This document shows positions 50,054 to 59,945 of a stretch of DNA of 64,000 nucleotides, piece after piece. Source of the DNA: an uncultured Chlorobiaceae bacterium (GTDB lineage Bacteria > Bacteroidota > Ignavibacteria > UBA10030 > SZUA-254). The position numbers were made by a program, and so were the translations under genes. The stretch's first letter is position 1. Every line of letters begins with the position of its first letter. A model generated the notes under the pieces. The model was not told the DNA's origin. It saw only the letters and a program-made list of their open reading frames with translations, and did no database searches. The stretch spans positions 564,217-628,216 of the forward strand of contig CAZEJT010000001.1 of NCBI GenBank assembly GCA_964512655.1, in the 5' to 3' direction.

Positions 50054-50938
50054 ATGAACCACGTCTGGGACCTGATTCGAAAGCCCGACAACATTCCCAT
50101 CGTCGCGCTCCTCGTGCTCGTCATCGTGTACACGTGGTGGTCGTTCCGGAAGGCGCTGAAAAACGACCGCCAGGGATTCCTCGACGAGTCGCGCCTGAGC
50201 GAAAAGGTGCAGGTATGGCCGAACCTCGTGCGCGTGGAGTTCCTTGCGACGCTTTTCGTCATGGTGATCCTTGTCTTCTGGTCGTTCCTGATCGACGCAC
50301 CCCTTGAGGAAGCCGCAAACCCGACGCTCACCCCGAACCCCTCCAAGGCGCCGTGGTACTTCCTTGGCCTGCAGGAGATGCTCGTGTACTTCGATCCATG
50401 GATTGCCGGGGTGGTGATGCCGAGCCTCATCATCGGCGGCCTGATGGCGATTCCGTACATCGACGTCAACGAGAAAGGGAACGGCTACTATACCTACCGC
50501 GAGCGGAAGTTTTCGATTCTGACCTTTTGTTTCGGATTCCTGATCCTGTGGGTTTCGCTGATCGTCCTCGGAACCTTCTGGCGCGGGCCCGGATGGTATT
50601 TCTTCTTTCCCTGGCAGGAGTGGGATACGCACAGGGTCGTGGCGCTGACAAACGTCGACCTCTCCGAATTCTTCGGCATCCACACCCGGAATGCGGACTA
50701 CAGCCTCAATCCGTCGGCGGTCGCGTTCGGAGCGGTCGTGATCCTTGTCTACTATTCGCTGATCGGCGTCTATTGGATGAAGAACAGGAACACCGAACTG
50801 ATGAAGAAGCTCGGATTCGTCAAGTACAACATCGTGGCGTTCCTGTTCATGACCATGACGGCTCTCCCGATCAAGATGATCCTGCGCATCGCCTTCAACA
50901 TCAAGTATATTCTCGTCACCCCGTGGTTCAACATCTGA
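50054..50938 (+). CDS. cytochrome bc complex subunit IV-like (C-terminal half of cytochrome b) with extra C-terminal helices
   Basis: PWYFL(GLQEM) Qo-site PEWY-type motif. Multi-TM. 294 aa, longer than plastid PetD. Confidence 0.8.
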   Translation: MNHVWDLIRKPDNIPIVALLVLVIVYTWWSFRKALKNDRQGFLDESRLSEKVQVWPNLVRVEFLATLFVMVILVFWSFLIDAPLEEAANPTLTPNPSKAPWYFLGLQEMLVYFDPWIAGVVMPSLIIGGLMAIPYIDVNEKGNGYYTYRERKFSILTFCFGFLILWVSLIVLGTFWRGPGWYFFFPWQEWDTHRVVALTNVDLSEFFGIHTRNADYSLNPSAVAFGAVVILVYYSLIGVYWMKNRNTELMKKLGFVKYNIVAFLFMTMTALPIKMILRIAFNIKYILVTPWFNI

Positions 50939-50960
50939 ACGCACCCCTCCGGACCGCCTC

Positions 50961-53540
50961 ATGAAAGGTCTCCTGAGCTACTTTTCCGCCCGCGCGGAGA
51001 CCCCGATCGAGACCCGCAATTACGGACAGGTCTATTTTGTCCTCTCGGCAATGCTTTTCGCCGGCACGCTCTGGTCCGTGGTGGACGAGGTGTCGACGCG
51101 ACGCCCCTGGAAGGTGACGCAGGAGGAGTATTTCAACCTCGACGAGCAAAAGTGGGGGGAGCGTCTTTCTGAGGCACGGGGCTCTTTCGATTCCTCGGCG
51201 TACGTGCAGGTACAGGCGGAGCTGGCCGACGCGAGCGCGAAGCTGGCGTCACCTGAACTACAGAAGATCCAGCAGGACGCGAACCGCCTCGACGAGGAGC
51301 TCCTCGATGCGACCAGAGATTTTACATTTGCGAAGAGCCGGGGCGACGAAGCGTACTATTTCTGGAAGAAATCGATCCATGAAGGGACCGAGGACATTGG
51401 ATACAAGAACAAGGTCCAGGAGCTGACTGCTCTCATGGCGAAGTACAACGCGCGGGTGGAAGATCTGACCTCCCGGCGCGATTCGCTGAACGCCATCGTG
51501 AACGGCTACAAAACCGTGCTCAAGGCCGCCCAATCGAAGTCCAAGGATCTCTTCGCTGCGATTGACGGGGCTTCCTCGAAAATGGAGAAGGCGAGGACTT
51601 CGAGCATCCTGATCCGGCAGGTCATGCTCAACGATTACGACCGCTCGAACTTCGGAATCCCCAAGGCGCGGATCGACCGGTGCCAGACATGCCACATGGG
51701 ATGGAAGGAGGAGGTGATGGATGGCGCTCCCGAGCCGTTCACAAAGCACCCTCTCCCCGAGCTCATGAAGATCCACAAACCCGAAGTGTTCGGGTGCACC
51801 TCATGCCACCACGGTCAGGGTCCCGCCCTCACCGCGGGCGGAGCGCACGGAGACGGCGACAAATACTGGGAGTGGCCCGTGCTCAAGGGGAAAGAAGTCT
51901 ATTCCTCCTGCAACGGCTGCCACGAGAATGAATCGTACGTCAAGTACGCCGGGAGCCTCAACACGGCGAAACAGATGCTTGCCGAGTCGGGCTGTTTCGG
52001 CTGCCACGAGATCAAGGGATTCCTGGATGTGCCGAAGATCGGCCCGGACCTCAACCAGCTGAACGCGAAGGTGAAGCCTGACTGGATCTTCCGCTGGGTG
52101 CGCAACCCGAAAGACTACAACCCCCACACGCGGATGCCGAATTTCAGGTTCACCGACGATGACGCAGCCGCAATCACGGCGTTTCTCTGGAACCTCGGCA
52201 GGGAGGGGACGTTTCATGCGGTGAGGGGCGCTGCCGGCGGCGGAGATGCGGGGAGGGGGAAAGATCTCGTCGGGACGATCGGCTGCAAGGGATGTCACGT
52301 TGTTGGCGACGACGGGCGAATGCGCCAGGCCCGCGGCTTCAGCTACGACATGGCCCCGGAGCTCACCAGAGCCGGCAGTAAGCTCGATCCGGACTGGGCA
52401 TTCGCCTGGATCAAGAACCCCCGTTCCTACCGTCCCTCGGCGAGGATGCCGAACTTGCGGCTCACCGACCAGGAAGCGCGCGACGTCGTCGCGTATCTCA
52501 TGACGCTGAGGGACGACCGCCGCTTCGAGCAGAAATCGCTTTTTCTCGAATCTCCTGCCCTCCTGAAGCGGGGAGAGAAGCTCGTCCGCGAATACGGATG
52601 CGCCGGATGCCACGCGATCAAGGGGATGGAAAAGGAGGGCCGGGTGAGCGTCGCTCTCTCGAATATCGGCAGGAAGAGAGTCGACGAGATCGACTTCGGC
52701 GACACGAAGGTATCCCACACGTGGGACGACTGGGTGTTCGGCAAGCTGAAGGATTCACGCATGTACGCCACCGATCGGATCCCCTCGAAAATGCCGGTAT
52801 TCGCATTTGCAGACAGCGAAATCATCACCCTGCGGACGCTCCTCCGCGGTCTGACGAAGGACGTTCCGGAAGAGGCCTACCGCCGGGTCTTCGACAAGAA
52901 CCTCCAGGCGATCGAAGGCGGCCGGAGACTCACGCAGTATTACAATTGCATTAATTGCCACCAGATCGAGGAGATCGGGGGCGCGATCAAGGCGACGCTC
53001 GACGACGAAGGATTTGCGCCGCCGTTCCTCCTTCCCGAAGGATCGAAGGTCCAGGAGCCATGGCTGCATGAGTTCCTGAGCGGCCCTACGCCCATCAGGC
53101 CGTGGCTGAAAATCAGAATGCCCACATTCGGCCTGACCGACGACGAGATCGGCACGATTACGCGGTACTTCCTCGCCCTCCACAAGCGCGATTTGGAGCT
53201 GCGCGATTACCAGACGATCGCGACCGATGCGGTCTTCGTATCGAACGGGAAAAAGCTCTTCGAAGATTACCAGTGCCTGAGCTGCCACACCACGGGGAAG
53301 ATACCGGAGGGAAAGACGGCCGCCGACCTGGCGCCGAATCTCGCCCTTGCGAAGACGAGGCTGAAGCCTGAATGGATTCTCGACTGGGTCGCTCATCCCG
53401 ATTCGATCCAGCCGAATACGCGCATGCCCAACTTCTTCCCGGACATGGTTGCGGCCGATACGACGATTCTAGGTGGAAGCGCCAGGGCGCAGATCAAGGC
53501 GCTGCGCGATTACCTCTGGACGATCCAGAAGTCGAAGTAG
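50961..53540 (+). CDS. membrane-anchored octahaem c-type cytochrome associated with the bc complex
   Basis: N-terminal TM helix and a ~230-aa haem-free helical region. Eight CxxCH motifs (CQTCH, CTSCH, CNGCH, CFGCH, CKGCH, CAGCH, CINCH, CLSCH). Five are followed by class-I-like Met-ligand repeats (RMPNFRFTDDDAAAITAFL, RMPNLRLTDQEARDVVAYL, KMPVFAFA, RMPTFGLTDDEIGTITRYFL, RMPNFFP). Confidence 0.85.
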   Translation: MKGLLSYFSARAETPIETRNYGQVYFVLSAMLFAGTLWSVVDEVSTRRPWKVTQEEYFNLDEQKWGERLSEARGSFDSSAYVQVQAELADASAKLASPELQKIQQDANRLDEELLDATRDFTFAKSRGDEAYYFWKKSIHEGTEDIGYKNKVQELTALMAKYNARVEDLTSRRDSLNAIVNGYKTVLKAAQSKSKDLFAAIDGASSKMEKARTSSILIRQVMLNDYDRSNFGIPKARIDRCQTCHMGWKEEVMDGAPEPFTKHPLPELMKIHKPEVFGCTSCHHGQGPALTAGGAHGDGDKYWEWPVLKGKEVYSSCNGCHENESYVKYAGSLNTAKQMLAESGCFGCHEIKGFLDVPKIGPDLNQLNAKVKPDWIFRWVRNPKDYNPHTRMPNFRFTDDDAAAITAFLWNLGREGTFHAVRGAAGGGDAGRGKDLVGTIGCKGCHVVGDDGRMRQARGFSYDMAPELTRAGSKLDPDWAFAWIKNPRSYRPSARMPNLRLTDQEARDVVAYLMTLRDDRRFEQKSLFLESPALLKRGEKLVREYGCAGCHAIKGMEKEGRVSVALSNIGRKRVDEIDFGDTKVSHTWDDWVFGKLKDSRMYATDRIPSKMPVFAFADSEIITLRTLLRGLTKDVPEEAYRRVFDKNLQAIEGGRRLTQYYNCINCHQIEEIGGAIKATLDDEGFAPPFLLPEGSKVQEPWLHEFLSGPTPIRPWLKIRMPTFGLTDDEIGTITRYFLALHKRDLELRDYQTIATDAVFVSNGKKLFEDYQCLSCHTTGKIPEGKTAADLAPNLALAKTRLKPEWILDWVAHPDSIQPNTRMPNFFPDMVAADTTILGGSARAQIKALRDYLWTIQKSK

Positions 53541-53559
53541 CCCCCTACTGATCCTCACT

Positions 53560-54390
53560 TCAGGGCCGGGCCGCCCCGGCCTTGGCGATAAATGCCGTCA
53601 GGAGCGTTTCGAGAGCGGCCTTTGCCCTCCCTGCAACATCGGTCACTTCGGCGTGCGTCAGCGCGTCGCGCGACAGCCCTGTGGCAAGGTTGGTGATGAG
53701 TGAAATTCCCGCTACCTTCATCCCGAGAGCGCGGGCGAGCGAGCTCTCGTTCACCGTCGACATCCCGATGGCATCCCCTCCGATGCGACGGATCATCTCG
53801 ACTTCCGCGGCCGTTTCGTAGCTCGGTCCCTTGATGCCGCAATAGACCCCCTCCCGGAGCGTCATTCCCCGCTCAAGAGCGACGCTCCTGATTGCATCCT
53901 GCAGAGCCCTGTCATAGAGATCGCCGCCCCTGACGCCCCCCGGTACTCCCAGAACGGGATTCTCACGCGTGAGGTTGATCTGATCAGTCATCAGCATCAG
54001 GTCAGCGGGGCGGAAATCGCGGTTGACCGCCCCCGCCGCATTCGTCAGAAGGAGGATCCGTATCCCCAGCCTGTGTGCGACCCGCACCGGGAACAAGACC
54101 TGCTCGAGATTTCCGGTCTCGTACAAGTGGACTCTCCCCTGGAAGACGAGAACGGAAACGGATTTCAGCTTCCCGCAGACAATCGCACCGCTGTGCCCCT
54201 CGACCGTGGACCGGGGGTAATTGGGGATCTGGTCCGTGGGTATGAGAGAGGCAGGGGAAAGCGTGGACGCGAATCCCCCCATGCCGGAGCCCAGAACGAT
54301 CGCGAGCCGGGGGCGCTGCGAAATCATCGCCCTGACATACGCCGCCGCTTCGCCGACGTCTTCCGGCCGGAGATGCTTCGAGGGCTTCAC
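53560..54390 (-). CDS. purine nucleoside phosphorylase (PNP/MTAP family 2, PunA-like)
   Basis: LAIVLGSGMGGFAS..., GHSGAIVCG, GISLITNLATGL family motifs. Last gene of the nucleoside-salvage operon. Confidence 0.85.
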   Translation of the reverse strand: MKPSKHLRPEDVGEAAAYVRAMISQRPRLAIVLGSGMGGFASTLSPASLIPTDQIPNYPRSTVEGHSGAIVCGKLKSVSVLVFQGRVHLYETGNLEQVLFPVRVAHRLGIRILLLTNAAGAVNRDFRPADLMLMTDQINLTRENPVLGVPGGVRGGDLYDRALQDAIRSVALERGMTLREGVYCGIKGPSYETAAEVEMIRRIGGDAIGMSTVNESSLARALGMKVAGISLITNLATGLSRDALTHAEVTDVAGRAKAALETLLTAFIAKAGAARP

Positions 54391-55289
54391 GACGTGCCCT
54401 CTTTTTCATACGGGATTCCGTCCGACGCCGGCGGAGTCGACCGCCCGATGAACCCGGCAAGAACGATCATGGTGAGGACATATGGAATCACCTGAATCAG
54501 CTGGATGAACCGCGACTCCGTCTGCAGATGGATGCTGAGGCTCTCTGCGAAACCGAAGAGGAGAGCCGCTCCGGCCGCTCCCGCGGGATTCCATTTTCCG
54601 ATGATCATCGCCGCGAGTGCGATAAAACCCCTCCCCGCAGACATTCCGTCCGTGAAGCTGTGCTGGTCGATCGCGAGCCAGGCGCCCGCGAGACCCGTGA
54701 AGCCCCCGCTGATGAGGACCCCGGCGTACCGGAGACGGGCCACGTTCAGCCCGAGCGTATCGGCGGCCCCGGGGTGTTCCCCCACCGCTCTTAATCGCAG
54801 GCCGAACTTCGTGCGGAAGAGTACTACCTGCGAAATAATCAGGAGAATGATTGTAATCGGTATAAACGGCGCGTGGAGGATGGGGATCTTCGTCTCCGGA
54901 TCCCACGCTTCGAATCCAGGGATTCGGGCGGAATTGCTCGAACTGTTGAAAATGATCTGACAGGCAAATTTCGTGATCCCCACAGCGAGTAAATTGATCG
55001 CGATGCCGCTCACGATCTGATCCGCCTTAAACGTGACGGAGACAAGGCCGTGGAGAAGGGCGGCCAGAATGCCGCTCGCCATGCCGCAGACGATCCCGAA
55101 GAGCGGGCTTCCGGTAGAGAACGTGGCGACGGTCGCCGCGAATGCCCCGATCAGAAGTATCCCCTCCAGCGCGATGTTCACCACTCCTCCGCGCTCGCTG
55201 AACGTCGCCCCCATCGCCGGGAGCGCATACGGGACTGAAATCCTCAGGGTCTGGATGAGGAAGGCGAGGCTAAAGAGAGTATCAGCCAC
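54387..55289 (-). CDS. ABC transporter permease (BMP-family nucleoside/sugar uptake system)
   Basis: ~9 TM helices, branched-chain/ribose-type permease fold. ATGA-type 4-nt overlaps with neighbours. Confidence 0.8.
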   Translation of the reverse strand: MADTLFSLAFLIQTLRISVPYALPAMGATFSERGGVVNIALEGILLIGAFAATVATFSTGSPLFGIVCGMASGILAALLHGLVSVTFKADQIVSGIAINLLAVGITKFACQIIFNSSSNSARIPGFEAWDPETKIPILHAPFIPITIILLIISQVVLFRTKFGLRLRAVGEHPGAADTLGLNVARLRYAGVLISGGFTGLAGAWLAIDQHSFTDGMSAGRGFIALAAMIIGKWNPAGAAGAALLFGFAESLSIHLQTESRFIQLIQVIPYVLTMIVLAGFIGRSTPPASDGIPYEKEGTS

Positions 55290-55295
55290 GACCGT

Positions 55296-56357
55296 TCAAG
55301 CGCGCTGTGGCTGCTGGAGGAGGCGGCCCACCCACGTGTTCACGAGCCGGGTTAGAATGATGACGAAGAGGATGACAATCGCCTGAAGAATCTGGGAGAG
55401 CTCCTTGGGGACGAGTGTATTGATTGTCAGGCTCCCGTACTCGAGGATCCCGAAAAAGAGTGAGGTGACGATGATGCCGAGCGGGTGGTTCCTCGCGAGG
55501 AGGGCCACCGCAATGCCGATGAAACCGATCCCTTCGGAGAACCCGAGTTCGAAATAATGCTTGTAGCCGAGCACGAAGTTGCTCCCCACGAGTCCTGCGA
55601 GGCCCCCCGAGATCGTGAGCGCCAGGACGATTTGCCACGGAACGCGGATCCTTCCGTAGAGCGCCGCGTTCCGGTTGAGTCCCGTCACCCGCAATTCGTA
55701 CCCGGGCCTCGATTTCCAGAGGAAGAACCAGACAGCAAAACACGCGACGACTGCGATGAGAAGACTCATGTTCACCGGAGCGCCCCGGAACGAGCCGGTT
55801 ATCGCCTCCAGGCGCGGCAACTCGGCGGCCGGCGCGATTGAAGGGGTATGGACGCTCGCGGGCACGAGGAAGACGTTCGTTACCATGTAGCTTGCAAAGG
55901 CCGATGCGATAAAATTCATCATGATGGTGTTGATCACCTCGTGAGCTCCGAAGCGGGCCCTGAGGATTCCCGGAATCAGCCCCCACAGAGCTCCCCCGGC
56001 CATGCCGGCGAGGAGCGACGCCGGCAGAAGGACTGGGGAGGGGAGACCCCGGCCGAGGAATCCGACAAGAGCCGTGAGAAAGGCCCCCACAGTCAGCTGG
56101 CCTTCCGCGCCGATATTAAAAAGCCCGGCGCGGAAGCTGATTCCGGCGGCCAGGCCCGTGAACATGAGGGGTGTGGCCTTGAAGAGGACCTGCCCGATGC
56201 CGTAGGTGCTCCCAAACGTCTGGACGAAGAGGAGGCTGAAGACCTCCAGGGGATCCTTTCCGATACCGAGTATAAAAACCGCGCCGATGAAGAGGGAAGC
56301 CGCCGACGCGATCGCCGGACCGGCAGTCAGCGCGAGAATCCGCTTTGCCAGCATCAT
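55296..56357 (-). CDS. ABC transporter permease (BMP-family nucleoside/sugar uptake system)
   Basis: Multi-TM permease paralogous to the adjacent one. 4-nt overlap with the ATPase gene. Confidence 0.8.
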   Translation of the reverse strand: MMLAKRILALTAGPAIASAASLFIGAVFILGIGKDPLEVFSLLFVQTFGSTYGIGQVLFKATPLMFTGLAAGISFRAGLFNIGAEGQLTVGAFLTALVGFLGRGLPSPVLLPASLLAGMAGGALWGLIPGILRARFGAHEVINTIMMNFIASAFASYMVTNVFLVPASVHTPSIAPAAELPRLEAITGSFRGAPVNMSLLIAVVACFAVWFFLWKSRPGYELRVTGLNRNAALYGRIRVPWQIVLALTISGGLAGLVGSNFVLGYKHYFELGFSEGIGFIGIAVALLARNHPLGIIVTSLFFGILEYGSLTINTLVPKELSQILQAIVILFVIILTRLVNTWVGRLLQQPQRA

Positions 56358-57877
56358 GCGGCCGGGGTCTCCTTCTGACGATGCGAACCCGTCATATGCA
56401 GACCCAGCTCGCGCTCCGAAGTCTCCGACGCCCGGAACAAGCCTGTGATGCGGCCTTCGTACATCACCGCGATGCGGTCCGCTATCGAGAGAAGCTCGGA
56501 GAGGTCGGACGACACGAGCAGGATCGCCTTGCCGCGGTTCCGTGCGCTGATCATCGTGCTGTGGACAAAATCGATCGCACGGATGTCGAGGCCCCGCGTA
56601 GGCTGGGAGGCGATGAGAAAATCGGCATCTTTCGAGAACTCCCTGCCGACTACGACTTTCTGCTGATTCCCCCCGGAGAGCGAACGCGCCGCAAGCTCGC
56701 GCCTGGGAGGCCGGACCTCAAACTCTTCAAGTACTCTGTCCGCGTACGCATCGACCTCCGCGCGCCGCAGGAAAAAGAGCCCCGAGAATTCCCGCTCGTA
56801 TTGCCTTCCAAGGAGAAGGTTGTCGGCAACAGAGAAGTCGGCAACGATGCCGTATCTCAGCCGGTCCTCCGGTATGTGACCGATGGTGATCCCGCGCGAC
56901 CCCAGGCGGACCTCGCGTCCATTTATGAGTATCCGTCCGGAGGTGCACGCCCTCAACCCGGCGAGAACCTGCACGAGTTCGGATTGCCCGTTCCCTTCAA
57001 CCGCGGCGATTCCCAGAATCTCTCCGGCGGCGATGGAAAAGGAGACATCGTTCACTTCGGGAAGCCGGCGGTCGCTGAGGCACGAAACGTTCTCCGCCGT
57101 TACGACGGTGCGGATTGTTGCGGCCGCCGCTTTCGGGACCGACGATCCCGTTTCGTCCCCGACCATCAGATGCGCCAGTTCGCGCGGACTCGTCGAGCGT
57201 GTATCGACTTCCGCCGTCACCTTGCCTCGGCGCATGACGGTCACCGTATCGCTGATTTCCATGACCTCCGCAAGTTTATGCGTGATCAGGATGACGGTCT
57301 TTCCCTCGCTCTTGAGCTTTCTGATGGTGCTGAAGAAGTCCTCCACTTCCTGGGGGGTCAGTACGGGGGTCGGCTCGTCAAGTATCAGGAGTTCCGCTCG
57401 CCGGTAGAGGATTTTCAGTATCTCGACGCGCTGCTGAAGGCCCACGGAGAGGGATTCGATCTTCGCCCTGCAGTCGATATCGAGATGGAACCTCCTGGAG
57501 AGGCTCAGTACCTCATCTTCGGCCGAGCGGAGATTGAGGCGGCCGAAGCGGGACTCGGGCTCGCTCCCAAGAATGACATTTTCGGTGACAGTAAAGGGGG
57601 GAATCAGCATGAAATGCTGATGGAGCATTCCGATGCCGAGAGCAATCGCCGTGCGCGGGGAGGTAATCCGGACTTGCTTGCCCCGGATGAGGATCCTGCC
57701 CCCGTCGGGAGAAAGCATTCCGTACAGAACCTTCATCAGGGTCGATTTCCCGGCCCCGTTTTCGCCGACAAGGGCATGGATGCCCCCATCGCGGATGCGA
57801 ATGCTTACACCGTCGTTAGCCCTGACGCCCCCGAACGATTTCGTGATATCCTGAAGCTCAGCGAAGGCCGCAGGCAT
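56354..57877 (-). CDS. ABC transporter ATP-binding protein with duplicated ATPase domains
   Basis: Walker A GENGAGKST. Signature LSVGLQQRVEIL and LSGGNQQKVVV. ~507 aa two-domain architecture typical of ribose/nucleoside importers. Confidence 0.9.
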   Translation of the reverse strand: MPAAFAELQDITKSFGGVRANDGVSIRIRDGGIHALVGENGAGKSTLMKVLYGMLSPDGGRILIRGKQVRITSPRTAIALGIGMLHQHFMLIPPFTVTENVILGSEPESRFGRLNLRSAEDEVLSLSRRFHLDIDCRAKIESLSVGLQQRVEILKILYRRAELLILDEPTPVLTPQEVEDFFSTIRKLKSEGKTVILITHKLAEVMEISDTVTVMRRGKVTAEVDTRSTSPRELAHLMVGDETGSSVPKAAAATIRTVVTAENVSCLSDRRLPEVNDVSFSIAAGEILGIAAVEGNGQSELVQVLAGLRACTSGRILINGREVRLGSRGITIGHIPEDRLRYGIVADFSVADNLLLGRQYEREFSGLFFLRRAEVDAYADRVLEEFEVRPPRRELAARSLSGGNQQKVVVGREFSKDADFLIASQPTRGLDIRAIDFVHSTMISARNRGKAILLVSSDLSELLSIADRIAVMYEGRITGLFRASETSERELGLHMTGSHRQKETPAA

Positions 57878-58905
57878 CAGCGGTCCGGCACCCGGATCTC
57901 CCCCGAGATGACCTTCTCCCGGATTTCCTCGACGCGCGCATGGATCTGATCGGGTATAAGGCTTCTGTTGTGCTCATCGTAAATGTAATCGACGCCCTTC
58001 GACCGGACATCGAAGAGTACTGCGCGCCCTCCCCGGAACGTCCCTTCCTTCTCCTCCCTGATGATTTCAAAGACCGCGTTGTCCACCACCTTGATCATGC
58101 TGGTCAGAACAACGCCCGGAGCTTCCAGATACTGGTCTGAGTCGACCCCGATCGCGAGTTTATGCTTCTCCCGGGCCGCTTCGAAGACCCCGAGGCCGGT
58201 GACTCCCGAGGCATGATAGATGATATCCGCCCCTCTCTCGAACTGGCCGAGAGCGAGCTCCTTGCCCTTTCCCGGGTTCTTGAACGCCTCGCCGGTGATC
58301 CCAGCGTAAGAGATGAGCACGTCGCAGCGCGGGTTCACGTACTTTACACCCGCGACATACCCGGCCTCGAACTTCTTGATCAGAGGCGACTGCATTCCCC
58401 CTACGAAGCCGATGACATTTGTTTTCGTCAGCAGGGCTGCCAGGGCGCCCACGAGAAAGGAGCCCTCTTCCTCCTTGAATTCGAGCGCCACCAGGTTTTG
58501 GGGGAGGGCCTTGCTGGAATCGTACGTGTAATCGATGCATGCAAATTTCCTGGCCGGGAACTCCCGCGCGACATTCGTGATATCGTCGGTAAAAATGAAG
58601 CCGATGCCGAATATGAGGCCGATGTCGGTACGGTTCGCAAACTGGCGCAGGGCCGCTTCGCGGTCGGCGCCCGGGCCGGGCTCGAGATACTCGTAGCTGA
58701 TCCCGAGCTCTTTCTTCGCGCGTTCAAGTCCGCGGTACGCGGCGTCATTGAACGATTTATCGCCCCTTCCTCCCACATCGAATACCAGCCCGACCTTGAG
58801 CCCGTGTGAGGCCTCCTGACCGGCATCCTTCCTTCCGCACGACATGACAAATAGCGCCGCGAGGAGGGAGATAATCGCCGTGATCGGCCGTTCGATTCGG
58901 TTCAT
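57877..58905 (-). CDS. BMP-family (basic membrane protein / PnrA-like) substrate-binding lipoprotein, probable nucleoside binder
   Basis: Lipobox LFVMSCG. LKVGLVFDVGGRGDKSFNDAAYRGLERAKKELG N-terminal BMP signature. Start re-called to ATG at 58905 (MNRIERP...). Confidence 0.85.
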   Translation of the reverse strand: MNRIERPITAIISLLAALFVMSCGRKDAGQEASHGLKVGLVFDVGGRGDKSFNDAAYRGLERAKKELGISYEYLEPGPGADREAALRQFANRTDIGLIFGIGFIFTDDITNVAREFPARKFACIDYTYDSSKALPQNLVALEFKEEEGSFLVGALAALLTKTNVIGFVGGMQSPLIKKFEAGYVAGVKYVNPRCDVLISYAGITGEAFKNPGKGKELALGQFERGADIIYHASGVTGLGVFEAAREKHKLAIGVDSDQYLEAPGVVLTSMIKVVDNAVFEIIREEKEGTFRGGRAVLFDVRSKGVDYIYDEHNRSLIPDQIHARVEEIREKVISGEIRVPDR

Positions 58906-58906
58906 A

Positions 58907-59464
58907 TCAGTCTCCTTCGGATGGCGGCTGGTAGCATCTGCGGCAGCGCGCCTCGTAGACATTACGTGCCCCCACCACCACGAGCTCCTGTTGCCGGGTG
59001 ATCCTCTGAGTGCGGTCCGCGGGGTTTCCGCATACCATGCAGATCGCGAGAGTTTTGGTGATATACTCTGCGACAGCGAGAAGCTCCGGAACCGGACCGA
59101 AAGGACGGGCGCGATAGTCCTGGTCGAGCCCGGCCACGATCACCCGCTTCCCGGAATCGGCGAGGTCGTTGCAAACCTCGACAAGTGTAGAGGGAAGGAA
59201 CTGGGCTTCATCGATGCCCACAACTTGAGCGCTTCTGCCTAAACTCATTATCTCAATAGGGTTATCGATCACGTTTGAAGTCAACGATTGCTCGCTGTGT
59301 GAGACGATGTGGTTGGAGCTGTAACGATTGTCGACGCGGGGCTTGAAGATGACGACTTCCTGCTTGGCGATTTGTGCCCTCCTCAGGCGACGGATAAGCT
59401 CTTCGGTCTTGCCGCTGAACATGCATCCGCAAATGACCTCGATCCAACCGGTGTTCGCAGGCAT
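58907..59464 (-). CDS. tdk: thymidine kinase
   Basis: P-loop GCMFSGKTEELIRR. Zn-ribbon CMVCGNPA...CRRC. Start re-called to MPANTGWIEVI (track ORF has a 42-codon upstream extension). Confidence 0.9.
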   Translation of the reverse strand: MPANTGWIEVICGCMFSGKTEELIRRLRRAQIAKQEVVIFKPRVDNRYSSNHIVSHSEQSLTSNVIDNPIEIMSLGRSAQVVGIDEAQFLPSTLVEVCNDLADSGKRVIVAGLDQDYRARPFGPVPELLAVAEYITKTLAICMVCGNPADRTQRITRQQELVVVGARNVYEARCRRCYQPPSEGD

Positions 59465-59465
59465 G

Positions 59466-59891
59466 TTATGAAGCGTGATCGGTTCCACTGTCGTGCAGGA
59501 TCGGGAGCAGGGAGTCGAGGAAGGGATGAGGGAGCAGGGACCGCGCTTTATATTCCTTGCTCCGGCCGCTGGAGTTGACCAGGACGACATCGATATTTCC
59601 CGCCAGGTCGTGGATGACCTGCCTGCAGGCTCCGCACGGAGGGACGAATTCCCTGGAATCTGTTGCGATTGCCAGGGCCCGGAACGAGCGTGCTGATTCT
59701 GAGACAGCCTTGAATAACGCGGTGCGCTCCGCGCATATCGTCAGGCTGAATGAAGCGGATTCTATGTTACAACCGGAGTAGACTTTGCCCGAACGCGTGA
59801 GGACCGCGGCGCCAACCCGGAATCGGGAGTAGGGTGAATATGAGTGTTTCTTCGCCTGCTGTGCCGCCCTGACAAGCCGTTGGTAATTCAC
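59466..59891 (-). CDS. cdd: cytidine deaminase
   Basis: Zinc-binding C/HAE...PCGACRQ motifs (TICAERTALFKAV, PPCGACRQVI). 141 aa. Confidence 0.9.
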   Translation of the reverse strand: MNYQRLVRAAQQAKKHSYSPYSRFRVGAAVLTRSGKVYSGCNIESASFSLTICAERTALFKAVSESARSFRALAIATDSREFVPPCGACRQVIHDLAGNIDVVLVNSSGRSKEYKARSLLPHPFLDSLLPILHDSGTDHAS

Positions 59892-59945
59892 TGCCGGTGT
59901 TGAGGTTATAAGTCAGGCGGAATATAGAAAACACATCCCTGAGAA

